Positions 12,600 through 25,612 of a stretch of 64,000 nt of DNA are shown here, in pieces. The stretch's first letter is position 1. Each line of letters opens with the position of its first letter. The stretch is taken from NCBI GenBank assembly GCA_951406725.2, contig OX597814.1, positions 118,544,001 to 118,608,000 of the forward strand, read 5' to 3'. The notes under the pieces were generated by a model. That model was not told where the DNA came from, made no database searches, and was given only the letters and a program-made list of their open reading frames with translations. This DNA is from Octopus vulgaris. Taxonomy: Eukaryota. Position numbers and translations under genes: made by a program.

Positions 12600-13744
12600 T
12601 GATGAAATTTTATTGTAACGCCGTTTCTTTTCTCTCTGCATGCATGATATGTGTCACACTTTCCCCCTTCATGCAACATAACCCATACTTATTTGCGCCA
12701 TCTGGATTATACATATACCTTCTCAGATTTCTTGTTAGTCCTTGATCTTAAACAACCATCAACAAAAACGTTCCCTCTCTCTCTTAAAATCATCTTTTGT
12801 CAACCAATTCCACGAAGATTGTGGTTTAACTTCCCTCATTTATTTTTCGAATTGAATTTGCACACTTTCTTAGACAGCGGACTAAGTTTGTAATTTTATT
12901 TCTTTTCAGCTGCCTCAATGCATAAGCCTCTGCTTTGGGCAACATCCCTTCAGAGCTCTCTTCTGCACCACTGAACAAATACAAGTCTAAGAATTGTATC
13001 CAGTACCCACTAAGTATTTCAAAGTTCCTCTTCCACTTCGTTCTATGGTGTATCTAACCATATAACAGTTGCTTATGGATGTGATGCACTATTAAAAAAA
13101 CATTTTCTTTTGCATTTACCTATCCATCTTTTCTACTTCTTCTTTGATCCAACACAAAAAATTCTTCCTTTATATAATAACTGCGACCGCCAAGCTTTTG
13201 ATAGTGGTACCCAAGTTCATCCCATTGAATTTTGTTTTCATCTACAGCTCTAACCTGTTAAGGTAGACATCCTTCACGCTCTGATTCATCTTTTCATTAA
13301 GAATTTTTCCTAGTTGCCGACTACCAAGATACTTGCATCCACAATCCTCTAGGTTTCTTTTGAATCTCCATCATGTAACGCAATCATACAGCAGCATAGA
13401 TACAATAGCTCTCTTCATAGTTAGGATTGCACATCTTCAATACCAAGCTCATTAGCGTCGTTTTTATTGCACCAGTGAGGTATGACCAGTGATCCAGACT
13501 GCGATTTTATCCTGCCAAAAGTCTTCATATCATCTATGAAACATCCGTGAAATTATACCCTCGAGCTTATATCCTCTACTTCCAGTTTCATAGCTGTCTC
13601 CTGTAATATCATCGATAAGGGATGCATTACGATTACAAACAGTAATAACATTGGGAATGGATCTTCTTGGAAAATTCCTCTTCTAGTATTGGCCACGCCT
13701 ATGTGTATATTCTTTGCATACATGTTTGTCATCCACAAAGTCAA
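12600..13744 (-). mobile_element. Decayed R4/Dong-like non-LTR retrotransposon (RT domains 4-7, thumb, CCHC)
   Basis: Minus-strand remnants: RRGIFQEDPFPMLLLFVIVMHPLS (RGIFQGD motif), FIDDMK, KYLG, W..EEVEKMDR..HP, SWNWL..DQGL and HI..AC. Confidence 0.7.
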
Positions 13745-14322
13745 GCTAGCAGATTCAAGTTCTTAGTCGGTTTGTAATTTCCATAACAGATCGGTCCTGA
13801 AAACCGAGATGAACTTTCAGCTAAAAACCACCTGGCAATAACAGATGTCCAGTATAGCCTCAGAGTCAGCAATTGGTGTCTGAGTGATCTCAAGCGTATC
13901 GACACAAAGAGCTGGAAACAGCTGATATTAAACAGGCTGCCCCACCCCAAACCAGGCAATCACAGGCTATATGTCCTACGGAAAGAAGGCGGCGGAGGTC
14001 TAATCCAGCTTGAAACGTCCTATAAAACGACCAAGATATGACTTCAAGTGTACATCCAGAGCAACACAGCCTGGCTGATACAGGTGGTAAGGTAACATGA
14101 ATAGAGAAAGAAACTGCACTCAATCTCAAAGACAGCATATAAATACAGACGAGAACTTAATTTCCGTGATTATGATGATGATAAGGAGAACATACCACCC
14201 TCTTAGGCTGAAAAAAGTGTAAAACAAAAGCAAAAAGAAATGCTTCAAAGAAAATATGAAGACTGTGGCAATAAAAAATATTGTATGTGCAATACCCCAA
14301 ACGACTTGGGGAAGTTCATATA

Positions 14323-15596
14323 TCAGGTCATCTCATAAGTTCTGTCCAATTTTACCATTTTAAAAAAATTGAATGAAATTAATTGTATTTTAGAATGTCT
14401 AATGGAATTAAAAATTATTTTATGCATTTCCGTACATTTAAACTAATTATATATTATTTTACAGAATAATAGAATTAAAATCTCTATCATTAAGACCCTT
14501 TCTAACATGAAAGTATCCAAATAGCATTTAAGGCACATAATGCTTTATGAGTACAAGAAAGGAAACTCTGCAGCCGAAGCGACCCGAAACATACACTCAA
14601 TTTATGGGGAAGAATGCTTTAATTAAAGAACTTGCAGAAGATGGTTTGCAAAATTCAGCCTTGAAGATGAAGATCGAATAGGAAGTCAAGTTATGTGTGA
14701 TGATAAGCTCGTCGAAGCATTACCTGAAGAAAATCCTGCATTGTCAGTTGAAGAATTGACAACAAAGCTGAGTTCAAACTATACAACAATTCATCGCCAT
14801 CTTCAACAACTTGGAAAAGTTCCTAAACTTGGAAAATGGTGCCTCATGAATTGTCCGAAAACAACCGCAAATTCCGAGTTGACATCTGCTCTTCTTTCTA
14901 TTCTCGCGAACTCATTTCATCCTTTTTGGATAGACGCGTGACTGGTGACGAAAAATGGATCTCCTATCGAAATGTTAAACGTCGTAAACAGTGGCTTAGT
15001 AAAAGGGATGAAGCTCAACCAGAACCGAGATGGGAACTTCATTGGAAAAAATATTCTTCTCTCTATCTGGGGGGATTTCAAAGGAATAATTCACTTAGAA
15101 TTGTTACCACTTAATGCAACAATCAACGCTCAAGTCTTCTGTCTATCAGTAATATGAGTGTTTCAACCAAGATTTGAAGACAAAAAACTAGCTGCTTTAG
15201 TGAATCGAAAAGGAGTGATGATTCATCAGAAAAATGCGTGACCCATCACTGCAAATACCACGTTGCAGAAGATCGAAGAGCTTGGTTGGGAAAAAAATAC
15301 CTCATCCACCTTATTCTCCCAACCTTGTCCTTCAGACTACCATTTGTTTTGTAGTTTACAGAATTATTTGGGGGACATAACCTTTGCAATCCAAGAGGAG
15401 GTCGAAACTGACATTTCAGAGTTCTTCGCTTTGAAAAGAGTTTTACATTGATGGGATTAAAAAGCTTGTAAATAGATGGAAGGAAGTCATAGATAATCAG
15501 GGAAAGTACATTGATGATTAAATTTCAATTAAATATAACATTTGATCACTTGTTTTCTTTATTCAAAATTCGGACAGAATTTATAGGATGACCTGA
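14323..15596 (+). mobile_element. Full-length mariner (DD34D) DNA transposon, inactive
   Basis: TIRs TCAGGTCATCTCATAAGTTCTGTCCAATTT and AAATTCGGACAGAATTTATAGGATGACCTGA. TA TSD at 14321-22 and 15597-98. Length ~1.27 kb. Confidence 0.95.
14507..15521 (+). pseudogene. Mariner transposase pseudogene
   Basis: ATG at 14507. Motifs (W)VPHEL, VTGDEKW and YSP.L.PSDYHLF are present, with several stops and frameshifts. Confidence 0.9.
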
Positions 15597-16137
15597 TAAA
15601 TATGAGAAGAACTGATCAGTGTTATTGGTGTGAAAGCCGAAACAGAAGAACGTATCCTAGCGGCACAAGATCAGAGATTCCTCGCTCGGAGCTATCAAGG
15701 TAATATCACACACAATGATATTGACGCAAAGTGTAAACTGTGCAATGATAAACTGAGTGCACAGTACAAATGTTAGAAAAGGTTTGCCTCCTTGGCACGG
15801 CCAGAATAGTATGGTAAGTATGAAATAGTTTACAAGAAAAGGTAGCATGGTACCGTTATCGTTATATTGTTCAAGCTACGTTTACAGATATTCTATAGAA
15901 AATAAAAGCAACCACGGATGCTTTGATACAACATTTCCTAACACTACTTCAAATGTATACAAACAATGAGATCGAAGAGAAAAATGGGTAATGGTTTTAT
16001 ATGCCATATTTCGAGGTTTCTACCCTTGCATCAGCACTCATGGAATCCATTCTCAACTTTGAACACATTGCTTATATAACCACTAGATACCATGGTGTTA
16101 GGTGATTGGATATATGTTACCTTATCGTTATACTTAA

Positions 16138-16325
16138 GGCGAAGAGCCGGTAGAATCGTTAGCACACCTGATAAAATGCTTAGTGATATTTGGTCTGACT
16201 GTACGCTGTGAGTTCGAATTCCGCCGAAGTAGTATTTTGGTTTCACCGATCAGATAAATAGCAGTCTATCAGATAGTTAGTAGTGGAGCACTGAAGTCTA
16301 TGTAATGTGCCTACAGTAGAAATGA
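16138..16325 (+). mobile_element. Decayed copy of the Nin/Deu-like SINE
   Basis: GGCGAAGAGCCGGTAGAATCGTTAGCAC..GAGTTCGAATTCCGCCGA matches the head of the 9205 copy. Confidence 0.75.
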
Positions 16326-16787
16326 TTCTATTTATTGATATTGTCATCACAACCTCCTTCCCTACTACTATTTTTACTTTTATTAATTAAAATATCAGTT
16401 GAATTTATCCGGAAAATGATCTGACAGATAAACTGTCAAAACAAAGACACACAAACGCATCCACACGCGCGCATTTTAGACAAAAATGCACAAACCTACT
16501 TACACAAAAGTGTCAATAAGGAATAAACGATAAATTATAGACAACATGTCTTTAATGAATAACAATAAACGATGTAGCTTAAATGAAGCAAAACATTCGT
16601 ATATTGTATTGACAGCTGCATTTCCCATATCATATATAAATGCATCTCACATAGCAATTGGCTAATGAGAAAACTGAAACAATATTGTTGTATCACACTT
16701 GAAATATCAACATCATTTCTGTTTCTGTCCAAAATTTCTCTAAAGCATATGATTAAAGTATACTTTTAGTTGTCTTTCTAAAATTAC

Positions 16788-16822
<35 letters not shown>

Positions 16823-16837
16823 AACCCACTTCGTATA

Positions 16838-16889
<52 letters not shown>

Positions 16890-16896
16890 CATACAT

Positions 16897-18132
16897 ATAT
16901 GCAAGAAGTAAATAGACACATTTAATTTTCAAAATGTCTGAGCTAAACGTCTTAATATGTTTTCAACGTGTAGAATTTACAATTGAATTATTCTTTGTCA
17001 TTCCAGGTGCCGTTGTATCAAATATATGCGAAGAGTAACCATGCTAAGCACAAAAAATTCAGCAGAACCGCCAAATGTTCAAAGAGGTTTTATTGTTGGG
17101 GAATCTGAGGCTGGTCTTAGTCAGTGAAAAATTGCCAAAAAATTTTCGAATTCCTATTGCTACTGTTAATAGAATGATAGTGCAATTCAAAAGCCAAGGA
17201 CAGGAATCAAAAGATTCTCGTCCCGGGCGACCTGGTCCCTTGGAAAGGAAGTTTCGCTGTTTGAAGAGAATTGTAGAAAACGAACTTCGTTCAAAGGCAT
17301 CTGACATTGAAAAACAGCTAGAATTTAGTGCAAGAACGTGTGTTACATATTTGCATAAGCTTGGGTATTATGGACGAGCAGCTTCAAGAAAACCTCTCCT
17401 TTAACCAAATAATATCATGAAAAGAAAGAAATGGGCTAAGGAGATGTCAGAAGAATCCAGTTCATTTGAGTGACTTTCTCAGATGAATCCAGATGAGCAT
17501 TATTTCTAGACAGCGGACGTGTTTGGATTTGTGGGGGCTTCCCAATAAAGAATTTGATTTGAAACGACTCTAACCGACTGTTAAACATGGAGGTATCTCT
17601 GTAATGGCATGGGGAGCTGTCATCAGCAATGATCGTTCTGAGCTGATCGAATGTGTCGGAATCATAAACTCTGGAAAAACATCGAAATACTTAAGAAGGG
17701 GATGCTTCCGGTGTATTCACACGATAACATAACGGAAAATGAGATTTTACTGATGGACGATGTGGCTCCATGCCAAAAGGCGAAAAGGGATCAACAGTGG
17801 CTGACTGAAAATGGGATCAAAAAGCTTCCTTGGCCGAACCAATATCCTGAAATGAAACCAACTGAAAATCTTTGGAGCATACTAAATAGAGCTATACGAA
17901 AATCTCGACAGAACCCTAAAACTAATGATGAATTGTTTCGATTGTTGCGTGAAAAGTGGGCAGAAATTCCACAAGGAACAGTCACAAGCTCATCGGTTCA
18001 ATGCCAAGAAGAGTTTCTGAATTAAAAACTGCAAAGGGAATGTCAACTAAATACTAATGTACTCCTATCTATCGATTACATTTCAATTGTTCGCTTTGTG
18101 TATTAAATAAAAGATTTTGAAAATGAAAAGTG

Positions 18133-18137
<5 letters not shown>
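16897..18137 (+). mobile_element. Tc1-like (DD34E) DNA transposon, inactive, embedded in (TA)n
   Basis: TIR remnants ATAGACACATTTAATTTTCAAAAT (16912) and ATTTTGAAAATGAAAAGTGCCTAT (18114). Transposase motifs [37 protein letters not shown] and WPNQYPEMKPTENLW, with stops and frameshifts. Confidence 0.92.
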
Positions 18138-18183
<46 letters not shown>

Positions 18184-18196
18184 GTATATATATATG

Positions 18197-18229
<33 letters not shown>

Positions 18230-18521
18230 GCGTATATATATATATATATACGTATATACATACATATATAGGTTTGAAGATGCAAACAGGTTAAGTAGAA
18301 CTCAAAATATGTGTATATTTTTTATTCATAATTAACAGAAGTAACAGAGTGACTCAAGGTCCAAGTCTTTTGTGCTTTGGCGAGCATATAGGGGTATGGG
18401 TGTACACACACACACAAACAAACACACACACGCTGACACACATAGATACATATACATGATAAGTGCCAACGTACGAAATTCTCGGAACTTGAGTCAGTTT
18501 GCTACTCCTGCTAAATGTCAT

Positions 18522-18587
<66 letters not shown>

Positions 18588-19599
18588 GTATATATACGCA
18601 TAAATAATTAAATAATTGCATACGATTATACATATATATGTTTGTTTCTCTATTTGTGCCCATTTCTTTCGTTAAAAAATGACTCTAGACATGCTTATAA
18701 TTTCTTTTATGTGAATAAATATGTCGATTTGTGTTAATGCCAACATTAAGCACTGCATACATCTGTGTGCTGTGCTGTTACTAATATCTGGACATTATAT
18801 TGCTTCATTTACGACCGATTTGTTGAATTATTACCTCTTCTATAGATAATGGCCAGGCGAAATTATACTGAGAACATAAGCTATAAAATGCACGGCAACA
18901 TGAATATCCCACATGTAATACGACTATACTTTATTTATAGGAATTCTAATGTATTATTGTGCTATTAATATGAAAAAGCGTATGCTAGTACCGGAAAAAA
19001 TATAAGAAAATTATAGTAGAGTTTTGAAAGTACTAACGATGCGTAATTGCAACGTTATCAATAAAACTGTATTATTGGTTTCTTTTCGAGATATTTCCGC
19101 AAATATTAGCAGTAAAATGAATAGATTAAAAATGCGCTCAGACACATATAGCAATGATGCTTTCCTACAAATGTTTCGATTGAAAATATCTTTGTGTGCT
19201 TCGTCTGGGGACATAGACATAGTACTTGCATTTAACCTTACGTGTACAATAAAGAATTTGTTTGATGTCATGCAAACATAAGCAGTTTTTTCTTCAAACA
19301 CATTTGAACCTGTAGTAAAGCAATTACTACACATTGCGTATTTCTGTAGAGGGTAGCCCATATAATTTGATCTTTACCATACTTTTATCACTTTAGTATT
19401 GATGGTTAAATGATATACTCCTTTAAATCGCTAGACACGATGAAACTTTCAAACATCTTTATATCTTGAATTTTTTTATCTCGTTACAGTCACCTTGACA
19501 GCCCATAGATTATTGGATAACTACATGCAAGACAACATGCAAAACTTTCTCCGCTGCTTTAATTTCTACAGATTTTCGACTTTCATAGAATTTCTGGAA

Positions 19600-20260
19600 A
19601 ACCCTGCTTGAGATAATGCACTTGACACTTGATAGATTAGTTGACTAACATCATGGTTCTGTTCTCATCCTTCTTTATCCACCAGGCAACAGAAGCTCGT
19701 AAAACCATCACTTTGACTAGTTCAACCACAGCTGAGTGGCACAATAATGTTTTGGTGACCCAAAGGATTTCCCTTGACTCATCTGCTCCGTTAATTTACA
19801 CTTGTTTGACATGTAAGACAATCATGAAAGGAAATGATAGAGATTTTAACGCTACGGGACCGCTATTTACATCACATTGTAAGCTATAGCAAAGAATAAC
19901 CTTTAATTTCTCCCACAAGCCGGAACACTTTCACATTTTAGCACACTTATTTTGGTTTTATAAGAATCAGATGATCTCAAAGCCACTTCGCTTACTTTAT
20001 TCATCGGCTCTAATCACTGAAACAATGAGGAATTCGGAGAAAGAGTTTGTATTCGAATCAGCAACACTTTTGAAAGCTTTAAAACAATTTTGCTTCATGT
20101 TTGGCTTCTTGATTGGTTCTTTCTTATAAGGCAATTTATCTTCAAGGTGGAGTATATAATTAGCCATAATTTCCTATAGCAACTCTGATGAACAGCAATG
20201 GCTTTCAAGACCATTTGTCAACTTTGATCTAAACAAAGTAACATTTTCACTGTCACTTCT
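19600..20260 (-). mobile_element. Possible ancient LINE (L1/Tx1-like) 3' relic
   Basis: Coding-like composition with a weak 'KE.+W.T' remnant near 19760. No intact frame. Confidence 0.2.
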
Positions 20261-20396
20261 AAAAATACACATTTGTATAATGCCTACAACTCTATTGTCA
20301 CTCCTTAACTATTCTCGTTAATAGACTTGAATATATCAAATAAATGAAAATTTATTTTACGACATTATCATGGAGTTAATTTCTCGATGCGTATAA

Positions 20397-20645
20397 GGAG
20401 CTCAGCTGGCAGAATTGTTAGCATGCTGTGAAAATACTTGGCGGCATTTCACTTGTCTGCGTTCGAATGCTACCTGGATCAATTTTGGCTTTCATCTTTA
20501 CGGGGTGGTGTCGACAAAATAAGTGCCAGTGGAATTTTGGGGTCGATGTAATAGACTTAACTCTTAAAATTTGATATTGATTATTTGATTAAAGGGAGTG
20601 CTCTAGCATTGCCACAATCAAATGATTGAAACAAGTAATAAAGTA
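20397..20645 (+). mobile_element. Decayed Nin/Deu-like SINE
   Basis: AGCTGGCAGAATTGTTAGCA..GCTTTCATCTTTACGGGG..GTCGACAAAATAAGTGCC. Confidence 0.75.
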
Positions 20646-21198
20646 TCAAATAGACTGCCTTATACCACACCGCGTTTACACATGTAGAATACGGAAATAA
20701 AATATTGAGAATCCCAGCAAAAATTAGGTCGCACGCTTTTCCTTGATTTCTGAAAGAAATTTCTACATCCGCCCTCGGTTGCAATTATTTTCCGCTTTCT
20801 TTCGTAATTCCTACAAGAATCAAAATAGTTAGCCAAGTGGGCCAATAAGGAATATCCGTTTTCTTTCTCTTGGAAGCAAAACTCTATTTCAGCAAGAATT
20901 CTTCCTAATTATCTCTTCAGTGATTGATACCCTCTAGACTTCGGATTAGAATGAAGGAAAGATTTCCACTTGCATTAAATAATACATCAGCTGCTACGCC
21001 ATTGTATCTCACGGCTTTTGTGATGTATCCTGACGCATTGATCACTGGTTTAAACCTACGCAATGCTACCTATCTAATTTTATATAATTATGTCCCATGG
21101 TAAATAGAAATATTAAACGTTTTATTTAATATAAGACAATGTGAATTTCATTCACGTTTTGGAATACATTTTGCTTTGTAGTATTCTTCGTTTCACCG

Positions 21199-21227
21199 CT
21201 ATCTATCTATCTATCTATCTATCTATA

Positions 21228-21320
<93 letters not shown>

Positions 21321-21434
21321 GTCTATCTATCTATCTGTTTTTCTATCTATGTATGAATCTATCTATCTATCGGTTTGTCTGTCTGTCTGCCTCTCTATCT
21401 CACTATCTGCCTTAATATCTATCTATCTATTCTG

Positions 21435-21469
<35 letters not shown>

Positions 21470-21538
21470 CCTATCTATCTGTCTCTCTATTGGTCTCTCT
21501 GCCTGTCTATCTGCCTTTCTATCTGTCTGTCTATCTAA

Positions 21539-21583
<45 letters not shown>

Positions 21584-21615
21584 AATCTATCTATCCATCT
21601 ATCTAGCTAGCTAGC
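21199..21615. repeat. (TATC)n/(TGTC)n tetranucleotide microsatellite
   Basis: Directly visible. Confidence 0.95.
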
Positions 21616-22404
21616 TATCAGTCTATCGGTCTAGACATCTATCTACTTATATATCTATGTGTGTGTCTGTCGTGTCCGTCTGTCTGCTTGTCTTTGTATC
21701 TACCTGACATTTTATATAACTATGCAACATGCTTTGTAGCCGTCTGTACATCATACTCTTTACCTCTTTAACAATCTATCTCCGTACCAATTACCAATCT
21801 CTCCTTCTCTCTCCTTTTTTTCTCTTTCAATCTTTGTGTATCTCTGTACCTCTGTTTTTGAAATTTTCTATATTACATTACATTAGACTATGGTATGAAA
21901 CGGCGTCAGCTTCGCAGAGCAGGAAATTAAAGAAGAATTTTCACAAAACATCTTCAAAAAATAGATGAAATAAAAAAAATTATTGTCAAAGCTAACTAAA
22001 ATATTAATGTAAACCTAGACTGAAATATTTCGTGCACGTCTAAATATTTCGACGTTTCGTCGTATTGTATATGAATGGGGAAAAGAACCTCATTGGTTTT
22101 AAATACATTTTTCACAGCTTGCTTTAACATTTTCTATTGAGTAACTTGCAATTGTATAGGAGAAAGAGAGCCTGTATGTGTGCACGTTTTTACAAGCATG
22201 TCTCACAAATACGTAAAAAATCACTTTTTATTCATGCTTGCGTTGAGGAGTAGCATAAGTGTGGTGCTTGCTTCAGGTTAGCTTTCTATGGTTGGATTCT
22301 GTTGACATGTAGTGACGTGTAATTATGAAGAAATTTCCTTCATCGTTAAGGCCCATTTCTGTTGATATTTAGATGTGTAAAAACATGACTTTCACACATT
22401 GCAC

Positions 22405-22848
22405 CTTTTTTTAATCGTTTATCTATTATTTGTTTCAGTCATTAGACTGCTGCCATGCTGATCCACCGCCATGAAAGTCTTTTTGTTCGAATAAATCGAC
22501 CCCAGTGCCTGTTGTTTCAGCCTGGTGCTTATCCTATCGCTCTCTTTACCGAATCGTCAAGTTACGAGGGAGAAAACACACCGACACCGATTTTCAACCT
22601 CTCCCGAGGGACAAACTCTCACACAAACACAGACACACACATGCGCACACATACATATATGCATATACATGACGGGATTCTTTCACACATACATAGACAC
22701 ACACTCACACACACATATATAAATACTACGGGCTTCTTTCAGTTTCCATCTACCACATCTACTCATAAGGCTTTGATAAGCTTGAGCTTATACCAAAAAA
22801 TACTTCCTTATGGCCCCACGCAGTGGGACTGAACTGAAACCATGTGAT
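22405..22848 (-). mobile_element. tRNA-derived SINE, second family (internal CA/TA microsatellite)
   Basis: ACGGGCTTCTTTCAGTTTCCATCTACC..CACGCAGTGGGACTGAAC is the reverse of the 53781 copy. Confidence 0.85.
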
Positions 22849-23946
22849 GTCCCATTTTCAATAACACAGATCTCAGTCGTAAAGGGTCGACAGTGTTGCA
22901 AACAAACTACCTATTAATGATTTGAATACTGCAAGTGGTTATTAATAATTAAGCATACTGCAGATTCTAAGAAGTTCTTAGCGTCCGTTTCCTCATTTTA
23001 ACAGAGGTATCTCCAGGTGCGAAAATTAGTGATAATTGCGCAAGACAGTCAACATAACTTATTGAATGTCAGTTTTGCGCTCATCTGCTATACAAATCAG
23101 TTGTTTTGTGCATTTCCAAGGTTACTAAATTCTGACAACTGATTGAGTTTTAGAAGTAGCGACTATATGTGTATTATTAAGAAGTAGGTAATCCTACTGA
23201 TGTCAAATTACTTTACTTTAAAATGCTTCACTTCCACATCTTAAAACAGATAAAATAAATTGGTAACATTCTTATCACCAATTTTCAACATGCTACGGTT
23301 CCTACTAATTATAGTTTTTACATCCTTCTTATCATTCTGTTTGCTACTCAAGTCTATAATTTGTCTTGATATTTCTTTATCGCAAGTTCCTCTTCCGTTT
23401 TGATTTGTTTTAATGCCAGAATACGCGTTCCTTCGCGAACATGTAATATTACATTCATTCCTTTCTGTCCATGATATATGATCACAGGCTATGATTTCTT
23501 GGTAGCTCTTCTACATCTTCCACTATAGCTACTTCGAAATTGTTTGATCTGCACAACATGTATCGGCGCAATGAAAAGAATATCTCTTACACCACAAAAA
23601 GAAAGTTTAGATAATGGTCCTCTGGTAACCTGAAAACTATGTTGTCAGGAGGAAAGATCGGCTAATAATAGCAATGCAACATACAAAGAATTTGAAGTGA
23701 CTAGATGTCAAATCATAAACTAACACAAGCTGTCGCATATCATTTACTGAATGCATAAAGCTGTGATCATATTTCTCCATAAGAAACGCCGTCAAATCGA
23801 CAAAACATCAGCGATCAGAATTATATGCATCCAATGGTGATGTTCTTGTTTTCGTTAATAAATTTCCGTCAATGATAAGTTAGCGCATGCTTATCAAAAT
23901 AAAACATTCAGCTAAAGCTTCTTTTAATATTGCATGTATCATGTAG

Positions 23947-24006
23947 ATGCAGCACGGAATTTTGTCATTGAAGAGGTCGCTGTTTCAAAGCGACGAAAAC
24001 ATTTTG
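23947..24006 (+). CDS. Candidate 60-nt internal exon, (D)AARNFVIEEVAVSKRRKHF(G)
   Basis: Acceptor CATGTAG|, donor |GTAAGT, open in phase 1-1, in unique sequence. No homology recognised. Confidence 0.35.
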
Positions 24007-24119
24007 GTAAGTTAAATTTAAATGTTGAACTGAATCTAACGGTTTTTGTGTGTTTCTTAAATGTCTTATAAGCACCTTCCACTCTGCAATTGTGCTCATT
24101 TATAACTATTAATATTATA

Positions 24120-24491
24120 ATCTTTTACTTGCTGCAGTCATTTGTCTGCGGTCATGATAGAGAATGGTATGAGTCGAAGTAATCGACCCCAGGACATATC
24201 ATTTGTAAACCTGGTACTTCTTCTAGTGTCACTTTTGCTGAACCGCTAAGTGACGGTGTCATAAACACACCATATGTGTGTGTGTGTGTGTGTGTGTGTG
24301 AATATATATATATATATATATATATACGACAAGTTTCTTTCAGTTTCCGTCTACCTAATCCACTCACTCAGCTTTGGTCGACTCGAGGCTATATTAGAAA
24401 ACACTTGCCCCAAGATGCCACGCGGTTGAATTGAACTGGGAATCATGAGGTTGAGAAGCAACCTTCTTAACATACAGCCACGCTTGCGCCT
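24120..24491 (-). mobile_element. tRNA-derived SINE, second family
   Basis: TTTCAGTTTCCGTCTACC..ACACTTGCCCCAAGATGCCACGC..GCCACGCTTGCGCCT. Confidence 0.85.
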
Positions 24492-24640
24492 AAGTTTATA
24501 TTTTTTTAAATATTTTTCATGATATTCAATTTTTACATACTCTATTTTTCTTCCTCATCTTACTGACTAAACGAACTTAAATACGTACATTTTCGGGCTT
24601 CCATACTTTGTATATCATGATCGTCTGATGATCGCATGTA

Positions 24641-24878
24641 TTACCTATTTCTTTACTACCCACAGGGGGCTAAACACAGAGAGGACAAACAAGGACATAA
24701 AAACGGAATAAGTCGATTACATCGAGCCCAGTGTGTAACTGGTACTTATTTAATCGACCCCGAAAGGATGAAAGGCAAAGTCGACCTCGGCGGTATTTGA
24801 ACTCAGAACGTAACGGCAGACGACATACGGCTACGCCTTTCGACCGGCGTGCTAACGTTTCTGCCAGCTCGTCGCCTT
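24641..24878 (-). mobile_element. Nin/Deu-like SINE, full length
   Basis: Close reverse complement of 9205-9434, with degenerate TSD GATSGCATRTATTA on both sides. Confidence 0.9.
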
Positions 24879-25394
24879 AGATGGCATATATTATCTTTCT
24901 TTATTTGCATTAATTTGCAAATATACAGTTGTATTGCATAATGCTGAGCTTAGATAATGATGCAATCATAAGAACATAATTTCGTCCATAACAAAATTGA
25001 TACTACACGAAAAGGTTGCCATATTGCTGTAATCCTAAGAATGTTATGGGGTTGAATAGAAATATATTCATCTCTCATACCTCTTGAAATTATTGCTCCA
25101 TATATTCCACATGAAATAATTTCATTGGTCGAATTTTATGGATTTTCAGTTACATAAACATTCTATGTTGCTCTCTTTAGTAATTCATAACTGCGTGGTC
25201 GGTTTGCCACGTCTGCAGAGGAACTTTCTGTGTTAGCTGCACAATTCTCTGAATCCACATCATTCATACATACTTATATACATACATGCATACATACATA
25301 CCTACATAGGTAGATCTGTAGGTAGATATATAGGTAGATAGTTATATAGATAGAGGGATAGATGGATAGACACGCAGCCAAACAGATATACATA

Positions 25395-25612
<218 letters not shown>

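Larger units (their letters stand above)
13780..15760 (+). mobile_element. Decayed R4/Dong-like non-LTR retrotransposon fragment, split by the mariner at 14323-15596
   Basis: DLKRIDTKSWKQL..HPKP..RLYVLRKEGGGGLIQLETSYK and W..K.LYVQYP precede the mariner. KAETEERILAAQDQ..Y..I..CKLC resumes after it. Confidence 0.75.

Noticed and set aside
13200-14320. Twin-priming inversion of a single LINE
   Set aside because: Both orientations encode the same thumb and zinc-knuckle region with dissimilar DNA, so they are two separate elements.
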